Shown one piece after another: positions 47,620 to 56,269 of a stretch of 64,000 nucleotides of DNA (position 1 is the stretch's first letter; each line of letters begins with the position of its first letter). A program made the position numbers and the translations under genes. Where the stretch lies: positions 96,001 to 160,000 of the forward strand of contig JAYKHS010000030.1 in assembly GCA_035285865.1 (NCBI GenBank), in the 5' to 3' direction. This DNA is from Candidatus Sericytochromatia bacterium. GTDB taxonomy: Bacteria; Cyanobacteriota; Sericytochromatia; S15B-MN24; VGJW01. The notes under the pieces were generated by a model. It worked only from the letters and a program-made list of their open reading frames with translations. It searched no databases and had not been told where the DNA came from.

Positions 47620-49220
47620 CAGCCGGTTCCTCCCGGACCTTCGGTCGCGAAGTAGGGACGAAGGTCTTCGGCGTTCTCGAGAGCTGCATAGTAGCCGCCC
47701 ATCGTCAGGATGAAGCCCATGCGACCCTCCCAGCCTGCCGGCTGATCGAGGCGGATCAGGTGGTTGCCCACCCCTTGGGCCGGCAGACCGGTCTGGAGGA
47801 CCAGCCTCTCGGCCCCCGCACCCATGGCCCAGAAGTCATCCAGGCGCTGCTCGAGCGGTCCGTCCTCGGCGATGACAGGCTCTTCGACGGTCTCCGCATC
47901 CGGGTCTCCACCCGAGCGAATGATCGTGAGGGCTTGCAGCACCTGTTCCCGCGTTCGCCCGCGGAAGCGGAACAGAATGAAGGGATCCTTGTCGAACTGG
48001 CCCGCAAGCCAGTAGAAGACGGCCGCGATGTGCTTGCACGGGTTGTAGAGGTCCGGACAGGTGCACTGGGCAAGCACCTCCTGTCCGTCCGTCGGATACA
48101 GCGAGGCCCCTGCCGCCGCGAACGCCGCATCGATGTCGTCGGGCAGTTCGCCGCGTAGCAGTTCGGTGGACCACCACGCGTTGTCGGCCATCTCGCGAAG
48201 CGTGGCCTTCCACGTCTCGTCCTCGAGATGGACGAGCGCGAAGGTCACTCTGTAGGGCTCAGGCAGGGAGCCCTTGACCTTGGCCGTCAGGACCCCCTCC
48301 TCGTCCATGCGGGCATCGTGCACCGCGCCTTGCCGTGCGTACTCGAGTCCGCGCTTCAGACGGGGACCGAGACCCACGTATTCGAGGAAATCCGTCCAGC
48401 GTTCGGACCAGCGTCGGGTGCCCAGACCCATGGATGCTGCCCGACGCGCCAAGCTGACCTTATGGCTCCTGCGCTCCTGACGACTGACCTTTTGCGGCTT
48501 GGCCGGCTGCTGGGGACGCTCCGTCGCGCCGGCCTCCGATTCTTGCCCTGCCCCTGCAGTCTTGCCGCGGCGACGCTTGCGCACCCTGCGCCTACGACCG
48601 GACGCGCTGCTGCCTTCCTCGGCCGCCGTCGCATCCCCGCCGCCCTCCTGCAAGGTGCCCGCGATCTCTCGGGCGAGGGCTTCGGATGCCTCGGCCTTCG
48701 CGCCGGGGGCCGCGGGCTCCGAGGCGAGGCCTCGTGCGCGGGCGCGTCTGCGGCGCCTGCGTCGCGCACGACCGGCATGTCCCCCTTCGCTCCCGATTGT
48801 ACGCTCGGCTGCGTCCGCTTCCGCAGATTCGGTCGTGCCGGTCGAGATTGGCTCCGACGGCTGGATGCCAGCCTCCGGCGAGGCTGCATCCCGGCGGGGC
48901 CGAGTCGTCCGGGCGGCGCGACGCCGGTGGACGCCGACATCGCCGGTCTCAGGGGCAGATTCCTCGCCGCCTGCATCAACAGGACCTTGTGGTGTAGCCT
49001 CCCCATCAGATAAACCGGGGGATGCTTCCGATCCGTCGATCCGTCGCGGCCTGCGGGCACGCCGTGGACGCGCCGTCTCCGCCTTCTCAGGGGTTTCCAC
49101 GGTCGCGACGGTGCCTACATCGGGAGCCGAAGACACCGTTGCCGGTTCCGCTGAGATGGCCCGGGACCGGCGTCGGCGGACCGGTGCGGTTTCCGGACTG
49201 GTGCTGGTCTCGTCCGTCAT
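47619..49220 (-). CDS. SWIM zinc-finger protein with long disordered Arg-rich N-terminus
   Basis: RLKRGLEYARQG, VKGS..PYRV, CTCPD..NPCKHIAAV and DPFILFRFRG motifs. Confidence 0.88.
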   Translation of the reverse strand: MTDETSTSPETAPVRRRRSRAISAEPATVSSAPDVGTVATVETPEKAETARPRRARRPRRIDGSEASPGLSDGEATPQGPVDAGGEESAPETGDVGVHRRRAARTTRPRRDAASPEAGIQPSEPISTGTTESAEADAAERTIGSEGGHAGRARRRRRRRARARGLASEPAAPGAKAEASEALAREIAGTLQEGGGDATAAEEGSSASGRRRRVRKRRRGKTAGAGQESEAGATERPQQPAKPQKVSRQERRSHKVSLARRAASMGLGTRRWSERWTDFLEYVGLGPRLKRGLEYARQGAVHDARMDEEGVLTAKVKGSLPEPYRVTFALVHLEDETWKATLREMADNAWWSTELLRGELPDDIDAAFAAAGASLYPTDGQEVLAQCTCPDLYNPCKHIAAVFYWLAGQFDKDPFILFRFRGRTREQVLQALTIIRSGGDPDAETVEEPVIAEDGPLEQRLDDFWAMGAGAERLVLQTGLPAQGVGNHLIRLDQPAGWEGRMGFILTMGGYYAALENAEDLRPYFATEGPGGTG

Positions 49221-52200
49221 GCCTCGTCCTCGACCGCGTCCTCACGCAGTGCCAGCAGTTCCCGGAGCTCCGACGTGCCCATGTCGGCAAGCCAGCGCTC
49301 GCCCGTGCCCACGATGGACGAGGCAAGGAACTTCTTGGATTCGATAAGCTGATCGATGCGCTCCTCCATCGTGCCGGTGCAGACGAACTTGTGAACTTGG
49401 ACGTTGCGCTTCTGGCCGATACGGAAGGCCCGGTCCGTGGCCTGGTTCTCGACAGCCGGGTTCCACCAGCGGTCGAAGTGGAACACGTGGTTCGCACGGG
49501 TCAGATTCAGGCCCAGGCCTCCCGCCTTGAGCGAGAGAATGAACAGCGGCGGTCCGTCCTGGCTTTCCTGGAAGCGCTGGACCATCTCGTCCCGCTGACG
49601 CTGAGGAATGCCACCATGCAGGAAGATCACGGCCTGGTAGCCGAACTGGTCCTTGAGGTGTCGGGCCAGCAGATGGCCCATCTCGACGAACTGCGTGAAG
49701 ATCAGGGCTCGATCTCCGATCTGCACGATTTCGTCGAGCATGTCCGTCAGGCGGGCAAGTTTTCCGGAACGCCCCGCGAGGACCGGCATCTCGCCCTCAT
49801 CGAGGGCCTGAGCCGGATGGTTGCAGACCTGCTTGAGCCGGGTGAGCGTCCGCAGGACCGCGCCGTGGCGTGCGATTCCATTGGCCTGCTCGATTTCGTC
49901 CATCATCTGCGCCAGGGTTTGGCGATAGAGGTCGGCCTGCTCCCGCGTCAGGTTCGTGTAAACCTTCATCTCGATCTTTTCCGGCAGATCCTGGATGACG
50001 AACGGGTCGGTCTTCATTCGGCGCAGGATGAATGGATTGATCAATTTGCGCAGGCGGATTGAGGCCACCGGATCCCGAAAGCGCTCGATGGGGGTTGCGT
50101 ACCGCTGCTTGAAGAAAGCCTTGTCGCCGAGATAGTCGGGATTCAGGAACTGGAACAGGCTCCAGAGTTCGGCCAACCGATTCTCCACGGGCGTTCCCGT
50201 CAGTGCCACGCGATATCGGCTTCGCAGCATGCAGACGGCCTTGGCCTGCTGCGTGTCGGGATTGCGGATGTTCTGGGCCTCGTCAAGCACCACGCCGTCC
50301 CACGTGTGCGCTGCAAGCGTCTCGCGATCACGCGTGGCAATGCTGTAGGTCGTCAGGACGACGTCCACATCGCGGACGAGGGCGAGCAGGGCCTCACCCT
50401 GCTTGCGGTCCGGTCCGTGATGGATGTGAACCGTAAGGCCCGGCGTGAAACGCTGGATTTCGCGCCACCAATTGCCCAGCACCGACGTCGGACACACCAG
50501 GAGGGTGGCACGCCGCTTGGCCCGCGTGCGGCGGTTGTGGGTCAAGAGCGCCAGCAACTGGATGGTCTTGCCGAGACCCATGTCGTCCGCAAGGCAAACG
50601 CCCAGGCCCTGCCCCGTGAGGAAAGCAAGCCAGGAGAAGCCCCGAATCTGGTAGGGGCGCAGCGTGCCGACGAAACCTTCGGGACTCGGCAGCGTCGGGA
50701 TGCGCTGGTTGTCGCCTCCCAGGACGTCCGCCAGCCAGCCCTGACCGACCACGCCCAGCACCGGAAGGCCTTTGGTCACGCTGGCCGCCGGATTCGCGAA
50801 GGCCAGTTGCATCGCCTTGGAGAGCTCCATCGTGCGTTCCTGGGTTGCTTGCCTGCCCCAGTGCTGGATGGTGAGGTCAAGGTCCTCCGCACGCAGCTCG
50901 AACCACTGCCCCCGCACCTGGCGAAGGGGCGCTTGCTGATCCTGCAGGCTCTGGAACTCAGTGGCGGACAGCGGCCCGTCGGGCAGGGCCAGGTCCCAGT
51001 CATAACGGACCATGGTCTCGATTCCGGCTCCGGCATCCGCAGCGCGCAGCATGCCCGTGCCGGCCCTTTGCGGTTCGTCGTCCATCGGCTTGATGGTGAG
51101 ACGAACGCCCAGCCTGCTTCTGCCTGGGGACCACCACTCGGGCAGGATGCAGCCGAATTTCTCCTCGGCGCTCTCCAGAACCGGGGCCACGTTGGCGAGG
51201 AAGTCATGGGCTTCCTCGATTCGAAGCAGCGCATGGTCGGGCCTGGGCACCCGGATGGCTGCAGCCAGGTTGTCCCCGAGTCCCACGTGGGAGTTTTTCT
51301 TGAAGACGTCCTGGGCCTCTCCAAGGGACTGCAGGAAGGTGATCTGGGGCTGGCCGATCTCGCGGGCGTGGAAGACACCCTTGTGACCGCCCTCCTTCCA
51401 GATTTCCGCAGCCGTGACGAACAACGAGGGCTCATCGGGGGCCTGGAACCCGAACTGCAGTTGCCACGGCCCGTCCAGGACTTCGGGAGCCACGAGGCGA
51501 AAGGCCGTGCGCAAGGGCGGCAGCGGCGTGTGGATGGGGACCAGCCAGCGCTCGACGGCAGATTCGAGGGCCTGCAGTTCCCGTACGGGCCCCTTGACCT
51601 GGAGATTCTCCGGATCATCCGGTGCCGCGCCGAGAGAGACGGCCCACCGGTCCCAGACCCCGGGACCCGAGGCGCGCAAAGGCTTGGGGATGGCGGTCGC
51701 CCACTGACGGATGAGTGCGTCGAGTCCCTTGCGGGCGAAGGTGCCCAGGAGATGGCGCGGAGCCGGGCTGGAGCTGCCCCGACCGAACGCACGCGCGACG
51801 GGCGGCATCATCCGGGCCATCTGCGCGAGGCGCACCTCTTCGGTATTGAGGATGGGCTGCCAACGGCCGACCAGTCGCGTGCCCTCATGGGTCAGTGCTG
51901 GCACGAAGTGGCGTCGGGCCGCCAATTCCAGCACCCAGTTCGCGACCAGTCGCCAGAACTGGAGGTCCGGCCCGAGCACGCGATCCGCAGCAGGGGCATC
52001 GGTCATCGCTGCCAGGAGCCGGATGGCCTCTGCGGGGCCGCAGGGCAGATGGAAGAGGCGCGTCTCGATGAGGGTCCGTTCAGCCGTCTGCACCGCCGAA
52101 TTGGCATCGGGTGAAGGGGAGGGCTTGTTGCCCGATCCGGGCAATCGCGCCTCCGCCACGAAGAAAGAGCGCGCCGGGACTTCCGGCAGGATGCCCGCAT

Positions 52201-52369
52201 AGGCTTCACAGACCCGGGTCGAGTCCAGCGGGCCGCCGAGGTCCTCGGCCCAGAACACGAACTGACCCTGACCTTCGTCGGGACACCAGGTGCCATGCAG
52301 CACCACGCGACGTTTAGTCTCTGCCTTCATGCGCCACATTGCGGGGCGTGCCGCTTCCGGGGCAACCAC
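49217..52369 (-). CDS. SNF2-family (SF2) helicase/ATPase (start approximate)
   Basis: LRPYQ, LADDMGLGKT, LDEAQNI, TGTPVEN, LSLKAGGLGLNL and QATDRAFRIGQ motifs. Confidence 0.95.
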   Translation of the reverse strand: MVAPEAARPAMWRMKAETKRRVVLHGTWCPDEGQGQFVFWAEDLGGPLDSTRVCEAYAGILPEVPARSFFVAEARLPGSGNKPSPSPDANSAVQTAERTLIETRLFHLPCGPAEAIRLLAAMTDAPAADRVLGPDLQFWRLVANWVLELAARRHFVPALTHEGTRLVGRWQPILNTEEVRLAQMARMMPPVARAFGRGSSSPAPRHLLGTFARKGLDALIRQWATAIPKPLRASGPGVWDRWAVSLGAAPDDPENLQVKGPVRELQALESAVERWLVPIHTPLPPLRTAFRLVAPEVLDGPWQLQFGFQAPDEPSLFVTAAEIWKEGGHKGVFHAREIGQPQITFLQSLGEAQDVFKKNSHVGLGDNLAAAIRVPRPDHALLRIEEAHDFLANVAPVLESAEEKFGCILPEWWSPGRSRLGVRLTIKPMDDEPQRAGTGMLRAADAGAGIETMVRYDWDLALPDGPLSATEFQSLQDQQAPLRQVRGQWFELRAEDLDLTIQHWGRQATQERTMELSKAMQLAFANPAASVTKGLPVLGVVGQGWLADVLGGDNQRIPTLPSPEGFVGTLRPYQIRGFSWLAFLTGQGLGVCLADDMGLGKTIQLLALLTHNRRTRAKRRATLLVCPTSVLGNWWREIQRFTPGLTVHIHHGPDRKQGEALLALVRDVDVVLTTYSIATRDRETLAAHTWDGVVLDEAQNIRNPDTQQAKAVCMLRSRYRVALTGTPVENRLAELWSLFQFLNPDYLGDKAFFKQRYATPIERFRDPVASIRLRKLINPFILRRMKTDPFVIQDLPEKIEMKVYTNLTREQADLYRQTLAQMMDEIEQANGIARHGAVLRTLTRLKQVCNHPAQALDEGEMPVLAGRSGKLARLTDMLDEIVQIGDRALIFTQFVEMGHLLARHLKDQFGYQAVIFLHGGIPQRQRDEMVQRFQESQDGPPLFILSLKAGGLGLNLTRANHVFHFDRWWNPAVENQATDRAFRIGQKRNVQVHKFVCTGTMEERIDQLIESKKFLASSIVGTGERWLADMGTSELRELLALREDAVEDEA

Positions 52370-52530
52370 GATCCGGAGTCACGGCGAGGGAACGGAGTTG
52401 CGGCGGCGATCCCGGGGGACAGGCGGCCCTCGAGGGCCGAGGCACGGCAACCGGACGACAGTCTAACACCCCTGTGGCGCACGCGGCAACGGACGCCGAA
52501 TCCTTGTTCCGATTTGCTATCCTTGTGGCG

Positions 52531-53136
52531 ATGGAAATGCAGGCTCTCCGGAGTGGAACCACCGTCCCCCGATGGTTGGCCCTGGCCGCATTCGTCGTGT
52601 CCGGGCTGCTCGTCCTCTGGGGCGTGTGGAGTCTCACTGCCCCGCCTCGTGGCGCGGATGTGCGTGCTGCCTATGCTCGGGCTGCTCGGGCCTGGGTGGG
52701 CCAGCCCTTTCCTCGGGTCATCTTGCCGGCGGCGAAGGGCGAGCAGGTGGCGTTGCCCTTGCCGGGCCCCCAGGTGCTCGTCTTCTTCAGGGTCTTCACC
52801 TGAGGGCACTGCCGCCACCAACTCGCGCAGTTGCGTGAGGAACGCAAGACATGGCCCAAGGGGGTGACCCTGATGGCCGTCAGCCATGACCGACCGGAAG
52901 ACCTGAGGGTTCTCGAGCGAGAACTCGGGCTCGGCTATCCGCTTCTTTCGGATGCGCGGTATCGCCTCATCGACGCCTGTGCAGGTCGCGAAGCCAACCG
53001 CGTGTACGCTCGCCCTGCCGCGGTGGTGGTTGGACCTGATGGACGGGTGGCATGGGCCCACATCGGGGCCGACGCCTCGGACCGTGCGGACCCGGCGGCC
53101 ATCCGGCGCGCGCTTGCGCCCTACATGCCGAAGTAG
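52531..53136 (+). CDS. membrane-anchored peroxiredoxin-like (AhpC/TSA, thioredoxin-fold) selenoprotein with UxxC motif and in-frame TGA at 52801
   Basis: ORF-track fragments 52339-52803 and 52831-53136 share one frame; read-through gives VLVFFRVFT-U-GHC-RHQLAQL...MAVSHD...YPLLSD...RPAAVVVGPDGRVAW. Confidence 0.85.
52822..52839 (+). promoter_or_regulatory. bacterial SECIS-like hairpin
   Basis: CTCGCGC-AGTT-GCGTGAG stem-loop starting 18 nt after the TGA, with G in the apical loop. Confidence 0.7.
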
Positions 53137-53321
53137 CGCCCGATCAGGGTTTCGGCGTGCGCGAGGCGGACGCGCAGGTCCCGAACGGACTCCTCATCGG
53201 CCTCCGGATGGTCTTCGAGCCACGTCCACGCAGCATCGACCGCGGCGACGAGCCGTTGCTGGTCGCGTGGGCCGTTTTCGAGGGCCTGATCGAGGGTGGA
53301 TCGCATTTCGCTGAACGTCAT
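53121..53321 (-). CDS. small hypothetical helical protein (66 aa)
   Basis: ATG start, plausible codon usage, fills the gap before the AT-rich divergent promoter region. Confidence 0.6.
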   Translation of the reverse strand: MTFSEMRSTLDQALENGPRDQQRLVAAVDAAWTWLEDHPEADEESVRDLRVRLAHAETLIGRYFGM

Positions 53322-53416
53322 TCAGGGGCTTCCATTCGGGATTAAGCTCGTGTATGTTATTCATTAATAATCTGTTTTCTGGTCAGTGTTCAACTGTCTC
53401 TCGGGAGGATCGCTCG

Positions 53417-54937
53417 GTGAATCGCAGCGCCCTGTTGCTGACTGTATCGACTTTGGTTGCCGGTTGCGGGATGGCTGTTCCGCGCGCGTCGCTGGGGCTT
53501 GCCGACAAGGGTGCCGTAACCGCACGGTCCGCGCGTCAAGGGGCCCCGGCCTGGGCCAAAGATGCGGTCTTTTACCAGATATTCCCTGACCGGTTCGCCA
53601 ACGGTCTGACGGCCAACGATCCTGACGGCACCGAACCGTGGGGCGGCAAGCCGACCTACACGAACTTCTTCGGAGGAGACCTCGAGGGCATCCGCAAGCA
53701 TCTCGACCACCTGCAGTCCCTTGGCATCACGGCGCTTTACCTGAATCCCATCTTCCAGTCGCCCTCGAACCATAAATACGACACCACGGATTACCTGCGC
53801 ATCGATCCGGCCTTCGGTGACGAGGCGACGTTCCGGGCACTTGTTGCCGACGTGCACGCCCGCGGCATGCGCATCATTCTGGATGGCGTCTTCAACCACA
53901 CGGGGGATCAGTTCAACCAATTCCGTCAGGCCGCGCGTACGGGCCCCGGTTCACCCTACTGGAACTGGTACAACTTCTACGGCTTCCCCGTGGTCCAGCA
54001 GCCCAAGCCCAATTACGACTCCTGGTGGGGCTTCGCGACGTTGCCGAAGCTGAACTATCGCAATCCGGCAGTACGCAGTTACATCCTTGACCTTGTCGTA
54101 CCTTATTGGACCCGGATGGGTATCGACGGATGGCGTCTGGACGTGCCCAACGAGATCTCCGAACCCGGGTTCTGGGAGGCATTCCGCAGCAAGGTGCTGG
54201 CCATCAACCCCGACGCGTACCTTGTCGGCGAAATATGGGATGACCCCCGGCCGTGGCTGGGGCGGTTCGATGCCACGATGAACTATCCCTTCCAGAAGGC
54301 GCTCGTGGCCTTCGCGGCCAAGCGCCAGATGGACGTCGATACGCTCGACCGCGAACTTGCGGCCCAGCGGGGCTGGGGCGGTGCATCAACGAACGCGATG
54401 TTCAACATTCTTGGCAGCCATGATGTCGAACGGTTCCGATTCGAGGCAGGGGAGCGGCCTGAACGCCACCGTGCTGCGGTCCTGCTGCAGATGACCTATC
54501 CCGGAACCCCAGTCGTCTACTACGGCGACGAAATCGGCATGACCGGGGGCAAGGATCCGGATGACCGCCGCTGCTTCCCATGGCAGTCGGCCCAGTGGGA
54601 CCAGGGCACGCTTCGTCACTACCGCGACCTGATCAAGGCTCGTCGGCAGGTCCGGGCGCTGCGCGACGGCTGGTTCCAGACCTTGCTTCGGCACAACGAC
54701 CGGAGGCTCTGGGCCTACCTGCGTGATTGGCAGGGCGAGAGTCGGGCACTGGTGGTGGTCAATGCCGGCGATGCCGCCGGAAGCCTCGAGGTGCCCGTAG
54801 CCGATACCACGCTTTCGGATGGGACGCTGCTGCGTAACATCCAGACCGGTACCGTCGCGAGGGTCACTGGCCGCAAAGTCGTGCTCGGAGACGTCGGTCC
54901 CGCCGGCTCGGTGTGGGTGGCGGAAAGCCGGCGCTGA
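53417..54937 (+). CDS. GH13 alpha-amylase family (neopullulanase/cyclomaltodextrinase-like), lipoprotein
   Basis: lipobox LVAGC; FYQIFPDRF, GGDLEGI, DGVFNH, DGWRLDV, GEIW, GSHD and YYGDE motifs. Confidence 0.92.
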   Translation: MNRSALLLTVSTLVAGCGMAVPRASLGLADKGAVTARSARQGAPAWAKDAVFYQIFPDRFANGLTANDPDGTEPWGGKPTYTNFFGGDLEGIRKHLDHLQSLGITALYLNPIFQSPSNHKYDTTDYLRIDPAFGDEATFRALVADVHARGMRIILDGVFNHTGDQFNQFRQAARTGPGSPYWNWYNFYGFPVVQQPKPNYDSWWGFATLPKLNYRNPAVRSYILDLVVPYWTRMGIDGWRLDVPNEISEPGFWEAFRSKVLAINPDAYLVGEIWDDPRPWLGRFDATMNYPFQKALVAFAAKRQMDVDTLDRELAAQRGWGGASTNAMFNILGSHDVERFRFEAGERPERHRAAVLLQMTYPGTPVVYYGDEIGMTGGKDPDDRRCFPWQSAQWDQGTLRHYRDLIKARRQVRALRDGWFQTLLRHNDRRLWAYLRDWQGESRALVVVNAGDAAGSLEVPVADTTLSDGTLLRNIQTGTVARVTGRKVVLGDVGPAGSVWVAESRR

Positions 54938-54949
54938 ACCGCGGCGGGT

Positions 54950-56269
54950 TCAGCCCAGCCGGTCGATCATGAGCCGGAGCCATGCAGCCGCCTGCCGTGC
55001 GGCTTCAGCGGACGACGGCCAGAGCATCTGCGTGTCACCGACCACGACAAGGCGACCTCTGCCGACCTGTCTGGAAACGGCCAGCTTGTTGGCATTGGTC
55101 GTTCCGGACGCGACCCGGTAGGCCGTTTCCGGCATCACGGCCAACGTTCTGGCAGGGGGCGCAGCCTCGACCGTGCAGGATCCCTGGACCCCGAGGGCCG
55201 TACCATCCAGCGGACTTTGCCACAGCGGCAAGAGGGAGGCCTGGCCACTTGCCGTACGCACGATATCGACACGGGCATAGGCACCGACCGTCCGCAGCAG
55301 ATCCTGCAATCGGGTTGAGTCGAAACCGCTGGCACCACCCCAATCCGCCGAGACGAGGACGGTGCCGCCCAACTCGAGGTGTTGCCTGATGGCCGTGGCT
55401 TCCTGATCGGGGAGGTTGGTCGGCGCGGCAAGCCAGAGAACCTGACCGAGCTTCGGTGTCGGCACGGCCGGGCCGGACAGGGCAATCTGACGCTCGGAAA
55501 GTGCTGCTTGCAGTCGTCCGTAGATTGCCGAGTCCGACATGCCGAATGGCCACCCGGTCATCGCAAGGCCGACCGGTCGATCCGCCAGAACCGCGACTCC
55601 CCCCGTCGTGTCGATCTCCTCGTGGCCGACGTGGTGGATGGAGGCCGACCCGGTGTCCGGGCCCACTTCCAGGCGATAGCGGCCATCGGCGTCCGACTCC
55701 GTCTCCTGCAACCCGGCCACGACCCGAGCTCCCTGCACGGGTTGCCCCGCCTGATCCCGCAAGGTCCCCTCGATCGTGCGTGGGCTTGGCAGCAAGCGGA
55801 ACGTCAACTGCACCACGGGTATCGAGACCTGGCTGATGCCGCCCACGGGTTGAGACACCGCGGCAAGAGAGACGGTCGCCTGATGTGTCAGATAACCGGG
55901 TGCCGAAGCCCTGACGGAATAGGTGCCTGCGTTCATGTCGGTGAAGGAGCGGTCACCCGAGGCATCGGCAACGCCGAATCCCAGCCCGGAACCCATGGCC
56001 ACGACCGTCGCACCGGGCAGAGCCGCATCGCGGGTATCGCGCACCAGGATGCGAAGGGTGCCGCCGATGAGATTGGCCGGGCTGACGCATCCACCATCCG
56101 CAGCGCAACGATCCTGCGATGCAGGTGGCGAGCCCGATCCCCCGGGGGGGGCAGCTGTCGGCACCGTAGTCACAGGCGGGGCCGCGGTCGGCCTCGGGGA
56201 GATGACGGTTGTCGATGTGAAGCAGCCCGCGAGCAACGCGGGAAGTGTGGCGTGGAGCCAGCGTGTCAC
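54950..56269 (-). CDS. lipoprotein with carboxypeptidase-regulatory-like domains and a C-terminal GATase/GldG-like domain
   Basis: lipobox LLAGC; GTYSVRASAPGY; IRQHLELGGTVLV...GRGRLVVVGD. Confidence 0.7.
   Translation of the reverse strand: MTRWLHATLPALLAGCFTSTTVISPRPTAAPPVTTVPTAAPPGGSGSPPASQDRCAADGGCVSPANLIGGTLRILVRDTRDAALPGATVVAMGSGLGFGVADASGDRSFTDMNAGTYSVRASAPGYLTHQATVSLAAVSQPVGGISQVSIPVVQLTFRLLPSPRTIEGTLRDQAGQPVQGARVVAGLQETESDADGRYRLEVGPDTGSASIHHVGHEEIDTTGGVAVLADRPVGLAMTGWPFGMSDSAIYGRLQAALSERQIALSGPAVPTPKLGQVLWLAAPTNLPDQEATAIRQHLELGGTVLVSADWGGASGFDSTRLQDLLRTVGAYARVDIVRTASGQASLLPLWQSPLDGTALGVQGSCTVEAAPPARTLAVMPETAYRVASGTTNANKLAVSRQVGRGRLVVVGDTQMLWPSSAEAARQAAAWLRLMIDRLG

Noticed and set aside
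47619..52369. SNF2-SWIM as an anti-phage defence system
   Set aside because: No methylase, nuclease or other defence genes adjacent; matches the widespread housekeeping-type SNF2+SWIM pair
52801..52803. Nonsense mutation / pseudogene or alternative genetic code
   Set aside because: The TGA sits precisely at the redox Cys position with a SECIS-like hairpin downstream; TGA is the normal stop in many other genes here (e.g. folE2, pfkA), so there is no global recoding
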